A stretch of DNA of 64,000 nt from Ignavibacteriota bacterium (GCA_963801355.1 CAWDEM010000004.1:320001-384000); one strand, 5' to 3'; shown: positions 1 to 10,160, numbered from the stretch's first letter. A program made the numbers and translations. The notes: generated by a model from the sequence alone, not told the origin.

Positions 1-193
1 TCGCGAGGGCTTTGCTGACAGCTTCTTTTGCCGCGAATCGCGCCGCAAAATGTTGATACGGATTCGCCTTAGCGTTGCAGTAGGCGAATTCCCCTTCCGT
101 GAAGAGTTTTTCTGTAAAACGGGGTCCCAGCGTCTCAATATCCCGGCGGATGCGGTCAATCTCAATGATGTCGACGCCGATGCCGCGTATCAT
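1..193 (-). CDS. acpS: Holo-[acyl-carrier-protein] synthase, 5' part (runs off the window edge)
   Basis: Not in the ORF track. Manual translation from ATG at 193 gives MIRGIGVDIIEIDRIRRDIETLGPRFTEKLFTEGEFAYCNAKANPYQHFAARFAAKEAVSKAL, with the AcpS motifs GxGxD and ARFAAKEA. ATGA overlap with the HAD gene stop. Confidence 0.95.
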   Translation of the reverse strand, partial: MIRGIGVDIIEIDRIRRDIETLGPRFTEKLFTEGEFAYCNAKANPYQHFAARFAAKEAVSKALA

Positions 194-897
194 GGCCGGC
201 CTGCAGTGTCCTGGTGCGCCGAGTTCTCCCGGTCGATGACATCCAGGAGTTCCGATACGTCATTGAGCTCGTACTTTGCATGAGATTCGACGGTACCAAA
301 GGCATCGCCGTACCGCGCGAAGACCGTTGTGATGCCGACCTGCGCGGCACCCACCATGTCGCGTTCCGCCCAGTCGCCTACCATGAGCGTCTCGGAAGGC
401 TCCACGTCGAGCTCCTGCAGTGCCCGCAGAAATGGGGCGGGACTGGGCTTTCGCTGGTGGGTATCTTCAAACGTCACCACGCAATCAAAGAGATGATGGA
501 AGTTCAGATAACACAACCGGAGCCACGCTTCACGCCCGGGGGCATCGGAAACCACCGCAAGCCTGATGCCGCGCTTCAAGAGAGCCACAAGAGTCATGTT
601 GACATGCGGGTAGGGAACCAGTGCCGCCTCGCGGGCTCTCCGATAGGCAATGATACCCGCCGACAGGATCTTGTAGTTTACCTTCTGGAATACATCATAC
701 AGCAATTGATCGAAGACACTCTGAAATTCGATACCCCGTTCTTTGTAGATGGCATCGATGCGTGCCTCGGCCTCTTCGCTGGTCAGCCCCAGACCGGCGT
801 CAATCATGGCGGTGATGGCGGCGGCAACGGCCTGGCGTTTCATCCGCATGAAATCAACCAGCGTGTTGTCCAGATCGAAAATGACCGCTCTGATCAT
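190..897 (-). CDS. HAD-superfamily hydrolase (subfamily IA)
   Basis: Motif I FDLDNTL, motif II VSD, KPSP, motif IV VGDWAERD. Confidence 0.9.
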   Translation of the reverse strand: MIRAVIFDLDNTLVDFMRMKRQAVAAAITAMIDAGLGLTSEEAEARIDAIYKERGIEFQSVFDQLLYDVFQKVNYKILSAGIIAYRRAREAALVPYPHVNMTLVALLKRGIRLAVVSDAPGREAWLRLCYLNFHHLFDCVVTFEDTHQRKPSPAPFLRALQELDVEPSETLMVGDWAERDMVGAAQVGITTVFARYGDAFGTVESHAKYELNDVSELLDVIDRENSAHQDTAGRP

Positions 898-900
898 GGT

Positions 901-1173
901 TTACTTTGCCTCACGCGACAACCTGGCGGCCTCGTCTTCGATGTACGCACGGAGAGCGGGCTTGAGGTAGACATCATCGAGACCGATCTCCCGCAGCGCC
1001 GTGGCCAGCACCGAGGCTTTGCGCGACGGCATCAGCCGGCGGTTGATCAGCAGGAGTCGCTGATCCCGCAGGATACAATAGCCTCCTTCGAAGTCGCCGC
1101 GTTCGTAGCGAATGGTCACGCTCAGCTGGGTGGCGACGTTCTGCAATTCCTCGATCAGTTCTTCGTGCTTCAT
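901..1173 (-). CDS. Small hypothetical protein (90 aa)
   Basis: Tightly coupled to both neighbours (4-nt overlap upstream, 3-nt gap downstream). Contains GDFEGGYC and YLKPALR. Confidence 0.75.
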   Translation of the reverse strand: MKHEELIEELQNVATQLSVTIRYERGDFEGGYCILRDQRLLLINRRLMPSRKASVLATALREIGLDDVYLKPALRAYIEDEAARLSREAK

Positions 1174-2150
1174 GCTGGCTGCGGTGCATTCCTGCGGAAC
1201 GGCTGGAATATGGCAAGGACAATGATGGTATAGTAACAGAGCAACGCGACGAGCGGTACGCCGGCCAATGCTCCCACGCGCGCGAGAAACAGTTCACGGA
1301 CGGCCGCCACACCGGTGTCTGCAAAGAGGACCATGATAACCATGCGCACATCCAGGTACATGACATAGGCTTCGACCGGAACGAACAGGTACAACAACAG
1401 AGCACTCATCAGCAGCCAGCCGTGCTCGCGCAGAAGGAATGGCGACGTCCAGAGAAACACGACGCTGCCTGCGAGGACGAGAACATAGCCGCTGATCATG
1501 AGAATCGCCGACTCTGCAAGCACGCGGTACAGCTGGTGTTCCACAACGGGCGGTGTCCGGTCGTTGAACTGGATGGTGCCCGGGATCAGCAGTTCGTTGG
1601 CGATCACGGCGCGGACTGCCGTCGAGCCCAGCCAGAGTATCGCACCCGTCACAATCACGCACAGAGCAAACCGCCAGAGTGTGAACCGGTGTGCACGGTG
1701 CGCCGCAATGGCATCCACACCTTCCGGGTGATCAATCAGCCAGTTCTTGTACCAGCTCAGATCATAACAGAGCGCGAAAAGGTTTTCCAGGGATTCGGGT
1801 GTTGCAGCACAATAGGCCGACGCAAAGCGCTCCTGGACGGGCAGGGGAGAATGCACGAGCAAAAGCCGCACCAGGCGCGCGACGGTTGCTATCTCTGTCT
1901 GCAGTTCCGAGGAGAGACGCGCTGTGTTTGGATCAGTTGCTCCGACACGCCGCAATGATCCACCTGCACTGGCAACAAACTTGGCATGAAAACTCAACTC
2001 TTCCAACGTGCCAAGAGCTTTGTGCTGCGACGCAGCTTCAAGCAATACGGCTAAGTCTTCAGGACGAGTGAGTTTATCGCCGGAGTATCGTTTCAGCACA
2101 TTGAGGAGATCTTCGGTCGGAGAGCTCACTCTTATCGTTGTTTGGGGCAC
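1170..2150 (-). CDS. Hypothetical protein: soluble helical N-domain fused to a 4-TM membrane domain (DUF2269-like)
   Basis: GTG at 2150 follows GAGGA and a sigma70-like promoter. First ~150 aa are hydrophilic; the C-half has four hydrophobic segments ending AIFQPF. Confidence 0.7.
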   Translation of the reverse strand: MPQTTIRVSSPTEDLLNVLKRYSGDKLTRPEDLAVLLEAASQHKALGTLEELSFHAKFVASAGGSLRRVGATDPNTARLSSELQTEIATVARLVRLLLVHSPLPVQERFASAYCAATPESLENLFALCYDLSWYKNWLIDHPEGVDAIAAHRAHRFTLWRFALCVIVTGAILWLGSTAVRAVIANELLIPGTIQFNDRTPPVVEHQLYRVLAESAILMISGYVLVLAGSVVFLWTSPFLLREHGWLLMSALLLYLFVPVEAYVMYLDVRMVIMVLFADTGVAAVRELFLARVGALAGVPLVALLCYYTIIVLAIFQPFRRNAPQPA

Positions 2151-2164
2151 ATATCCTCGGACGG

Positions 2165-2193
2165 AATATACAAAAAGTAGCAAACATGGTCAA
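2165..2193 (-). promoter_or_regulatory. Sigma70-type promoter for the leftward operon (to acpS)
   Basis: TTGACC-N17-TATATT on the minus strand in an AT-rich divergent intergenic region. Confidence 0.7.
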
Positions 2194-2197
2194 TTGT

Positions 2198-2226
2198 TTG
2201 ATTCTCTTAAAGATAATTCCCATATT
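2198..2226 (+). promoter_or_regulatory. Sigma70-type promoter for the 7TM-HD/xerD operon
   Basis: TTGATT-N17-CATATT, 23 nt before ATG 2250. Confidence 0.55.
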
Positions 2227-2249
2227 AGTTTACATAATCTTACAAACTG

Positions 2250-4649
2250 ATGAATATAAGATCATTTCTCCTGCAAACGGCAAAACTGCTCCAGAAGTTG
2301 AGAATCTCGCCAGACGTTGCCACCAAAGCAGCGCTGGGGGTCTTGCTTCTTATTCTTCTTGCACTGATGTTCCCGCGCGGGGAGTCGCTGGAGCTTGAAT
2401 TCAGGGTTGGTGCCATCTGGGCGCAGAAAGATCTGATCGCGCCGTTTTCATTTCCTGTGCTCCGCGAGGAGAAGGAATATCTGAACGATGCGCAGGCTGC
2501 ACGCGCATCCGTCCTCCAGGTTTACGAACGCGACAGCACTGTCGGAGAGCGACAGATCCGGAGGCTCGAAGACTTTTTCCGGCATCTGCATGACGTTCTG
2601 AAGGTCAACCGGCAGTACAAGAGGGATATCAAGCGCGGCGATGGTGCCGCCGCTGACGATTCCCTTTTGCTGGCACAACTTATTGCGGCGCTGGAAATTC
2701 CCTTCAGTGGCCACGAATGGGCGGTCCTCGATGCAGCCGGGAGCAACGGGCACCTTGAGGCGATGCAGCGTGATTTGACCGAGGCGTTAAGAATCATCTA
2801 CGAGACAGGGGTGCTTGACAGGAGCAAGGGGACGGTGCCGCATGCGGATGTTGCCCTGCGTGACCGGAAGATCGAGGAGCTGACGCCGCTCTCGCGGTTG
2901 TTCGATCGCGCGGACGCCGTTGCCGCACTTGAATCACGACTCCTCCAGCACTATCGCATCGACAACGATTCCCTGGCGCTGGCCTACAAGATCGGCGTGA
3001 TCTACCTTGCACCGAACATCAAATACAGTGAAGAGGCCACAGCACAGGCGCTCGCCACTGCCGTCGATGCAGTCCCCCGCACCATCGGCTTTGTTCAGGA
3101 AAATGAGCGGATAGTCAGCAAACACGAACGGATCACTCCGGATATCCGGTTGAAACTCGAATCGCTCCGCCGTGCGAAGGCCGAGCGCGGCCCGGCCTCC
3201 GATACCTTCCTGCAGATTCTTGGCATCACGCTGCATGTCGCTCTGGTAATTGTGCTGTACGGTATTTACCTGTATTTGTTCCGGAAGAAGATCTTCAGCA
3301 ACAACCGGCGGCTGGCACTCATTGCACTGTTATTTGTCCTCGAGGGTGCCTTTGCCTACCTCTCGCGTGAGCTGGACGTCACGTCGCCCATCGAATATCT
3401 GATCGTCGTTCCTGCGGCATCCATGTTGCTGACGATCATTTTCGATTCCCGCGTGGGATTTTACGGTACGGTCATCATCGCGTTCATCGTCGCGGGAATC
3501 CGCGGCAACGATTACTCCGTCGCACTCGCGTCGCTGGTGGCCGGTGTCCTGTCGGTGTACTCTGTGCGGGACATGAAGAACCGCACACAGCTCTTCCGCT
3601 CACTCGGCTTCATTTTCACGGGCTACGCCCTGACGATCGTTGCGCTGGGCCTCGAACGCTACGAGACGGTGCAGGTCATTCTGGAGCAATTGTTGTTCGC
3701 GCTGGTGAATGCCGTCGTGTCGCCGGTGCTGACCTATGGATTATTGATCTTCCTGGAACGCACGTTCCGTGTCACCACGGATCTGACGCTGATGGAGCTC
3801 GCGCACTTCAACCACCCGTTGTTGCGCCTGCTCGCGGAAAAGGCTCCCGGCACATACCACCACAGCACAAGCATTGCAATCCTCGGAGAAGCCGCGGCAA
3901 GTGCCATCGGTGCCAATGAGATCCTGGTACGTGCCGGGGCATACTTTCACGATGTCGGCAAGGTCGTGAAGCCCACCTATTTTGTTGAGAATCAGCGGGG
4001 GTCACGCAGCAAACACGATAAGCTTGCCCCACGGATGAGCTCCCTGATCATCACGGCACACGTGAAAGACGGGATTGCGCTGGGGCGTGAGTACGGCCTT
4101 CCGGAGGAAGTGATCGACTTCATCCCCATGCATCACGGAACGACCCGGATCGACTTCTTCTATAATAAGGCGCTCCAGTTGGCGCAAAATTCGGACGACG
4201 AAACAAAGCTGGACGAAATCAACGAGCAGGACTACCGGTACCCCGGCCCCAAACCGCAGACGAAGGAGACCGGGATCCTCATGCTGGCCGATGCGGTCGA
4301 AGCCGCAGTGCGCACCATCGAAGAGCCGACACCGCAGCGCCTCAGCGACGCCATTGATGAACTCGTGAAACGCCGTCTCGACGAGGGGGAACTGGACGAA
4401 TGTCCGCTGACGTTGCGCGATCTGACGAAAGTCAAGGCGGCATTCCATGCCGTGACGGTCGGTATCTACCACACGCGTGTACGGTATCCCGAGCCGCTCT
4501 CGCCCCGCGTGCGCAAACCGCGGCTGAAGTCCGCTCCGGCGGCCGAAGAACTCCCGCCGCCCACAGAAACACCGCTGTCCGCCGAATCACCCCGGTCCGC
4601 CGAATCACCCCGGTCCGCCGAAACACCACAGGGCACGGAACCTGTATGA
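2250..4649 (+). CDS. 7TM-HD membrane phosphohydrolase (PgpH-like, putative c-di-AMP phosphodiesterase)
   Basis: N-terminal TM, large extracytoplasmic domain, ~7 TM helices, then an HD domain with APGTYHHS, FHDVGK, MHHGT, YRYPGPKPQTKE and MLADAVEA. Confidence 0.9.
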   Translation: MNIRSFLLQTAKLLQKLRISPDVATKAALGVLLLILLALMFPRGESLELEFRVGAIWAQKDLIAPFSFPVLREEKEYLNDAQAARASVLQVYERDSTVGERQIRRLEDFFRHLHDVLKVNRQYKRDIKRGDGAAADDSLLLAQLIAALEIPFSGHEWAVLDAAGSNGHLEAMQRDLTEALRIIYETGVLDRSKGTVPHADVALRDRKIEELTPLSRLFDRADAVAALESRLLQHYRIDNDSLALAYKIGVIYLAPNIKYSEEATAQALATAVDAVPRTIGFVQENERIVSKHERITPDIRLKLESLRRAKAERGPASDTFLQILGITLHVALVIVLYGIYLYLFRKKIFSNNRRLALIALLFVLEGAFAYLSRELDVTSPIEYLIVVPAASMLLTIIFDSRVGFYGTVIIAFIVAGIRGNDYSVALASLVAGVLSVYSVRDMKNRTQLFRSLGFIFTGYALTIVALGLERYETVQVILEQLLFALVNAVVSPVLTYGLLIFLERTFRVTTDLTLMELAHFNHPLLRLLAEKAPGTYHHSTSIAILGEAAASAIGANEILVRAGAYFHDVGKVVKPTYFVENQRGSRSKHDKLAPRMSSLIITAHVKDGIALGREYGLPEEVIDFIPMHHGTTRIDFFYNKALQLAQNSDDETKLDEINEQDYRYPGPKPQTKETGILMLADAVEAAVRTIEEPTPQRLSDAIDELVKRRLDEGELDECPLTLRDLTKVKAAFHAVTVGIYHTRVRYPEPLSPRVRKPRLKSAPAAEELPPPTETPLSAESPRSAESPRSAETPQGTEPV
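4578..4622 (+). repeat. 18-bp in-frame tandem repeat (about 2.5 copies) encoding SAESPR
   Basis: TCCGCCGAATCACCCCGG x2 followed by TCCGCCGAA. Confidence 0.9.
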
Positions 4650-5563
4650 ACGGACGCGTGGAAGAATACCTGCACTTTCTCTCGCTCGAAAAGAATGCCG
4701 CACTCAACACCGTTGTGTCGTACCGGCGCGATCTCTCAAAGTACGCCCGTTTCCTCGAGGGGCAGAATATTCCGGATCCGGAAGCCGTCACCCCGGAACT
4801 CGCCTCGCGTTTCGTCCAGCAATTGCACCGCGACGGGCTTTCCGCCCGTTCCGTCATGCGCTGCGTATCCGCTCTCAAGGGTTTTCACCGGTTCCTTCTG
4901 GCCGACGGCTTCAGCAAGCATGATCCCACGGAGACTCTGGATGTCCCCCGTCGCACGCGTACTCTCCCGTCGGTCCTGACGGTGGATGAAGTCAACACTA
5001 TTCTGACTCAGAAGGCACTGAACAGACCTGATGTTGATCCGGATGATGCCCGGAATCTCTGGGTGCGCGACCGCGCAATACTTGAAGTGCTCTATGCCAC
5101 GGGGATACGGGTGTCGGAATTGATCACCCTCCACCAGGCGGATGTCTCCGAGGAGGGAGGCGTCATCCGGGTGTTCGGCAAAGGAGCGAAAGAACGGCTG
5201 GTGCCGATCGGCCCCTCCGCTCTCGCCTGGATCGACCGGTACAAACGGGAATGCCGGATCCGCCTGCACCGGCATGCGACGGGCAATGACGTGCTGTTCC
5301 TGAACCGGACGGGGGACGCGCTGACCCGGATGGGGATCTGGAAGATTGTCCAATCCTCAGCCGTTGAGGCCGGCGTAACAAAGGATGTGCATCCGCACAC
5401 CTTCCGCCATTCCTTTGCCACGCATTTGCTCGAGGGGGGCGCCGATCTGCGGGCCGTGCAGGAGATGCTCGGTCATGCCGATATCGCAACAACCCAGATC
5501 TACACACACATCGACCGTGCGTACTTGAAAGAAGTCCACCGTACATACCATCCTCGTGGCTGA
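4646..5563 (+). CDS. xerD: Site-specific tyrosine recombinase XerD
   Basis: ATG 4646 overlaps the upstream stop (ATGA). RDRAILEVLYATGIRVSEL, GKGAKER, HPHTFRHSFATHLLEGGADLRAVQEMLGHADIATTQIYTH, C-terminal YHPRG. Confidence 0.92.
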   Translation: MNGRVEEYLHFLSLEKNAALNTVVSYRRDLSKYARFLEGQNIPDPEAVTPELASRFVQQLHRDGLSARSVMRCVSALKGFHRFLLADGFSKHDPTETLDVPRRTRTLPSVLTVDEVNTILTQKALNRPDVDPDDARNLWVRDRAILEVLYATGIRVSELITLHQADVSEEGGVIRVFGKGAKERLVPIGPSALAWIDRYKRECRIRLHRHATGNDVLFLNRTGDALTRMGIWKIVQSSAVEAGVTKDVHPHTFRHSFATHLLEGGADLRAVQEMLGHADIATTQIYTHIDRAYLKEVHRTYHPRG

Positions 5564-5575
5564 CCGGGAGTATCA

Positions 5576-7060
5576 ATGTCACGCTCCAGCCTTTCCACCA
5601 GCTTCACAAGCCTGTCCGGAAACAGCATCGCAACACCGGCGGATCTTCGCCGGGAAATTGTGGGGATTGACACGAACGTGCCGCTCCTTGACGGAACCGA
5701 GCGGCGGTATGTGTTTCTGGACAACGCCGCCAGCACGCCCGCATTGCGCCCGGTGCTCCGGTGCATCGAGGAATTCATGCCGTGGTACTCCGGCGTACAT
5801 CGGGGGACGGGTTTCAAATCGCTGCTTGCGACGGAAGTCTTTGATGCCGCGCACGATGTGGTCGGCGAGTTTGTCGGTGCGGACCCGGAGACGCAGACGG
5901 TCATCTTCATGAAGAACACCACCGAATGCGTCAACAAGCTTGCGAACCGCGCCGCCCTCCGCCCTGATGACCTGGTAATCACAACGCTGATGGAGCATCA
6001 CTCAAACGATTTGCCGTGGCGAAGACACTGCCGGGTCATCCATCTCGGCACGGTGGAGGATGGGTGCCCCGACCTGGACCAGCTGCAACGGCTTCTGAGG
6101 GAACATGCCGGCCGCGTAAAGTTCGTGGCGATGACGGGAGCATCAAATATCTCGGGGGTGTGCACTCCGGTGCATGACATTGCCCGATGGACGCATGACG
6201 CAGGCGCGCGAATCTTTGTGGATGCGGCCCAACTCGCCCCGCACCGCCGGATCGACATGCTGCCGGACGACGATCCCGGGCATCTGGATTTTGTCGCGCT
6301 CTCCGCCCACAAGATGTACGCACCCTTCGGCACAGGCGCCCTGATCGGACCGGGCGAGTTCTTTGAACAGGGTTCGCCCGACGCGGTCGGGGGCGGGGTC
6401 GTCGAAGTCGTCACGCTTGACCATGTCGAATGGAACCATCCCCCCCAGAAAGAAGAAGCCGGGACACCCAATGTCATCGGCGGTGTCGCCCTTGCGTCAG
6501 CAATCAGCCTTCTGACCGCGGTGGGGATGGATGTGATTGCGGATCATGAGACCGCCTTGCTGGAATATGCGTATGGGAAATTGTCGAAGTTGCAGGGCAT
6601 CACGCTGTACGGGCCGACATCGCATTTTGAAAACAAGGTCGGCGTCATCCCTTTCAACGTCGACGGAAAACATCATGCCCTCGTTGCCGCTATCCTGGGC
6701 GTCGAGGGGGGGATCGGCGTGCGCAATGGTTGTTTCTGTGCCCATCCTTTCGTTAAGCACCTGCTGAACGTGACACCGGAGGAGGATCGCCGGTTCACAC
6801 GTGAAGTGCTGGCAGGGGACAAATCCCATATGCCGGGGATGGTGCGCGCGAGTCTTGGATGCTACAGTGACGAATCCGACATCGACGCCCTCATCGGGAT
6901 GCTCGAATGCATTCTCCGGGGTGAGATCCACGGGACGTACCGGCAGGACACGGCGACGGGGGCGTTCAGTGCAGAGGGATTTCATCCGGATTTCAGCCGT
7001 TTCTTTCCCTACACCATCGTGCGGCCGACCGGCGCCAGGCGGCACTCGGAGGCATCATGA
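5576..7060 (+). CDS. Class V PLP aminotransferase (cysteine desulfurase/SufS-like)
   Basis: LDNAAST, EHHSN, DAAQ, SAHKMYAP (PLP lysine), EAGTPN, GVRNGCFCAHP. Confidence 0.88.
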   Translation: MSRSSLSTSFTSLSGNSIATPADLRREIVGIDTNVPLLDGTERRYVFLDNAASTPALRPVLRCIEEFMPWYSGVHRGTGFKSLLATEVFDAAHDVVGEFVGADPETQTVIFMKNTTECVNKLANRAALRPDDLVITTLMEHHSNDLPWRRHCRVIHLGTVEDGCPDLDQLQRLLREHAGRVKFVAMTGASNISGVCTPVHDIARWTHDAGARIFVDAAQLAPHRRIDMLPDDDPGHLDFVALSAHKMYAPFGTGALIGPGEFFEQGSPDAVGGGVVEVVTLDHVEWNHPPQKEEAGTPNVIGGVALASAISLLTAVGMDVIADHETALLEYAYGKLSKLQGITLYGPTSHFENKVGVIPFNVDGKHHALVAAILGVEGGIGVRNGCFCAHPFVKHLLNVTPEEDRRFTREVLAGDKSHMPGMVRASLGCYSDESDIDALIGMLECILRGEIHGTYRQDTATGAFSAEGFHPDFSRFFPYTIVRPTGARRHSEAS

Positions 7061-8319
7061 GCGTCTATGCGTATCAGGACCGGCAACTCTGGGTGGAATC
7101 CGTCCCATTCCAGCTTCTGGCGGAGGAGTACGGTACGCCGTTGTACGTCTACAGCCGGCGCACCATCATCGACGATATTCACCGGATTGAGAGTGCGTTC
7201 GGTGGAATCCCGCACCTGACCTGCTATGCAGTAAAAGCGAACGCCAACCGTGCGCTGCTGCGGATAATTTCCGCTGAGGGTCTCGGAGTGGATGCCGGCT
7301 CAAAAGGGGAGCTCTATCTCGCCCTGACAACGGGGTTTGCGCCCGGCAAGATTACCTGCAGCGGTGTCGGCAAGCGTGACGATGAGATTGCGTTTGCCCT
7401 TGACCATCGCATCCTGGCGTTCAACGCGGAGTCCACCGAAGAGATCGAGGTCATCAACCAGATTGCCCGGCAGAAGGGGGTCAGGGCACGCATCCTGCTG
7501 CGCGTCAACCTGGATATTTACGCCGGAGGCCATGCCTACGTCTCCACCAGCATGCATTACGACAAGTTCGGCTTGCCGCACACGCAGGCACTGGAAGTGC
7601 TCCGTTGGGCATCCACCCTCTCCCACATAGAAGTGAGAGGGATCCATAGTCATATCGGCTCTCAGATCCTCAGCCCGGCAACGTTCCTGAAGGCGGCGGA
7701 AGCCGTCGCGGACATTGTGAAGAAGTTGCGCAAAGCCGGGGTGTCCGTGCACGACCTTGATTTCGGCGGCGGCTACGGAGTTCAGTACCATGGTTTCGTC
7801 AACCATCCCGAACTGCCCTATGAGGCCCCGGAAGGCCCGGCGCTCTCCATGTCGGAACTGGTCCGGCCCGCCCTTCCCGTACTGCGCGATCTGGAGTGCA
7901 CGCTTTCCATCCAACCGGGACGCTGCATCGTCGCACATGGAGGCGTGCTGCTGACCCGGGTACTCTACCGCAAGGAATCCGCGGGAAAGACCTTTCTGAT
8001 CGTCGACGGGGCAATGAACGACCTGATCCGGCCGAGCCTCTATGATGCGCATCACCAGATTGTTCCGCTCCATATCACCAATGCGCCGCATGAGATCGTG
8101 GATGTCGTCGGACCCGTCTGTGAGTCAGGGGATTTCTTCGCCCATGACCGTACACTGCCACGTATGCAAAGGGGAGACCAGATAGCGGTGATGTGCGCCG
8201 GTGCATACGGCTACGTGATGTCCTCAAACTATAATGCCCGCCCGCGTGCGGCGGAAGTGCTTGTCAGCGGTCATACACACACGCTCATCCGTCCCCGGGA
8301 AACCATCGAAGATTTGTGA
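7057..8319 (+). CDS. lysA: Diaminopimelate decarboxylase
   Basis: YGTPLYVY, YAVKAN (PLP Lys), KFG, HIGSQ, DFGGG, GPVCESGD, AGAYG, SNYN. Confidence 0.95.
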   Translation: MSVYAYQDRQLWVESVPFQLLAEEYGTPLYVYSRRTIIDDIHRIESAFGGIPHLTCYAVKANANRALLRIISAEGLGVDAGSKGELYLALTTGFAPGKITCSGVGKRDDEIAFALDHRILAFNAESTEEIEVINQIARQKGVRARILLRVNLDIYAGGHAYVSTSMHYDKFGLPHTQALEVLRWASTLSHIEVRGIHSHIGSQILSPATFLKAAEAVADIVKKLRKAGVSVHDLDFGGGYGVQYHGFVNHPELPYEAPEGPALSMSELVRPALPVLRDLECTLSIQPGRCIVAHGGVLLTRVLYRKESAGKTFLIVDGAMNDLIRPSLYDAHHQIVPLHITNAPHEIVDVVGPVCESGDFFAHDRTLPRMQRGDQIAVMCAGAYGYVMSSNYNARPRAAEVLVSGHTHTLIRPRETIEDL

Positions 8320-8362
8320 AGCGTTCACGGAACGCGCTCAGACAGGATGGAGTACACGCATC

Positions 8363-8908
8363 ATGAACATCACCACACGCTGCGCAACGGCCGTTGCCGT
8401 CATTGCTCTCGCTGCCGGTCTGTCAGGCTGCATTCTGATCCGGACGACGGAACACCGCATCAATCTTCACCCGGACGGAAGCGGCGAGGCCGTGTTGAGG
8501 CTCATCGACATCCGGACCGATGAACCCAGCGACTCGCTCGCCGAACGGGACTACCGTATCATGATGTCGTCCTTCGAACAGGAAGGGGGACAGGGTTTTG
8601 AGGAGGGGAACAGGGAGGTCACCAGCAAGCGGCTGTTTGTGCGCAACGATACGCTCGTTGCCGAAATCGGTTACACCTTCAAGGGGCTTCAGGACATCGA
8701 GGGGCTGCATGCAGCCGAGAACGAATTGTACATCGTGGTGAACGAGAGCCGCGAAGTGGTGCAGACCAACGGCCGGGTGGAGCAGTGGCAGACGACGTCG
8801 CAACGTATCGTCTGGAGCCGCGATGCCAGGCGATTGCTGTTCCGGATACAGGAAAAGGTCATGCCGCCGTCCACTTCACTGGCGCGGATGTATGAAGAGC
8901 AACGATAG
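8363..8908 (+). CDS. Hypothetical lipoprotein
   Basis: ATG 8363; hydrophobic leader ending in the lipobox LSGC. Confidence 0.75.
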   Translation: MNITTRCATAVAVIALAAGLSGCILIRTTEHRINLHPDGSGEAVLRLIDIRTDEPSDSLAERDYRIMMSSFEQEGGQGFEEGNREVTSKRLFVRNDTLVAEIGYTFKGLQDIEGLHAAENELYIVVNESREVVQTNGRVEQWQTTSQRIVWSRDARRLLFRIQEKVMPPSTSLARMYEEQR

Positions 8909-8936
8909 TACCGTTCCAACCAAAGGAGTGAAGAGC

Positions 8937-10064
8937 ATGGCGAGATCACGGCTTCGCGTTGGGGTCATCTTTGGCGGCCGGTCGGGCGAGCATGAAGTAT
9001 CCCTGGTCTCGGCGGGCTCTGTCGTGCGGGCGCTCGATCCTGACAAATACACCGTCGTTCCCATCGGCATTACGCGGGAGGGGCGGTGGATCAGTGCGCC
9101 GGATGCCCTGGTCATGCTGAAGGAGCGGGAAGGTCTCGAGGGCGCAGCCGGTTGCGTGCTGATGCCTGAACCCCATCATGAGGGATTGCTCCTGCTGTCG
9201 GAAGGGCAGCCTTCCGCGGGGAAACTCGATGTGGTCATCCCGCTCATCCACGGAACCTACGGCGAAGATGGGACGCTGCAGGGTTTGCTGGAGCTTGCCG
9301 ATCTGCCGTACGTTGGCGCGGGTGTCCTGGGTTCTGCCCTCGGCATGGACAAGATCGTGCAGAAACAGCTCTTTGTGCAAGCCGGCCTCCGTGTGGCAAA
9401 GTATACGTGGGCCCTTTCCGCCACGTGTCGGACGAATGCTGCGACGATTGCACGAAAGGTCGAACGGACGCTCCGCTATCCGATTTTTGTCAAACCGGCG
9501 AACACCGGTTCGAGTGTGGGCATTACGAAAGCCCACACGCGACGTGAGTTGCTCCGGGCCATGGCGGAAGCGTCGTCGTTCGACCGGAAAGTCATCTTCG
9601 AGCAGGGAGTTGCCGGTGCGCGTGAGATCGAGTGCAGCGTCTTGGGCAACGACGCGCCGGAGGTGTCCGTGTGCGGCGAAGTGATTTCCTCGAACGAGTT
9701 TTATGACTACAACGCGAAATATGTGGACGGCGCCTCACGTGCAGAAATTCCCGCCCGGCTTCCCCGGCGATTGTCGGATCAGATCCGGCGGATGGCGCTG
9801 CGTGCATACACAACCATCGACTGTGCCGGTATGGCGCGTGCGGATTTCTTTGTGACGCGTCGGCGCGGCACCGTGTACATCAATGAGCTGAATACCATCC
9901 CGGGCTTCACGTCTATCAGCATGTATCCGAAACTCTGGGAAGCCTCGGGACTGAGCTTTTCCGCGCTTCTTGACCGCCTCATTGAACTGGCCTTACGCCG
10001 GCATGCAGAAAAAGGGCGTTTGCGGCACAGTTACGATCCCTCCTCCGAGTGGTACCGCCGGTAA
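8937..10064 (+). CDS. ddl: D-alanine--D-alanine ligase
   Basis: FGGRSGEHEVS, HGTYGEDG, MDK, GSSVG, FYDYNAKY, NELNTIPGFT. Confidence 0.96.
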   Translation: MARSRLRVGVIFGGRSGEHEVSLVSAGSVVRALDPDKYTVVPIGITREGRWISAPDALVMLKEREGLEGAAGCVLMPEPHHEGLLLLSEGQPSAGKLDVVIPLIHGTYGEDGTLQGLLELADLPYVGAGVLGSALGMDKIVQKQLFVQAGLRVAKYTWALSATCRTNAATIARKVERTLRYPIFVKPANTGSSVGITKAHTRRELLRAMAEASSFDRKVIFEQGVAGAREIECSVLGNDAPEVSVCGEVISSNEFYDYNAKYVDGASRAEIPARLPRRLSDQIRRMALRAYTTIDCAGMARADFFVTRRRGTVYINELNTIPGFTSISMYPKLWEASGLSFSALLDRLIELALRRHAEKGRLRHSYDPSSEWYRR

Positions 10065-10160
10065 GGCATTCCCGGGGACGGGGACGCCGGTGTATCCCCA
10101 CCCGCCGAACGCTCCCCGGAAGCATTTCATCGCACACACCTGCATTCCGTCGCAACCTCC

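Noticed and set aside
2210-2260. Complete chromosomal dif site
   Set aside because: Only the XerD-type arm matches, and the position of the XerC arm has no similarity. Kept only as a half-site finding.
4646-5563. Tyrosine recombinase as a sign of a prophage or island
   Set aside because: It has housekeeping XerD signatures, sits in an operon with lysA and ddl, and has no att repeats or phage genes nearby.
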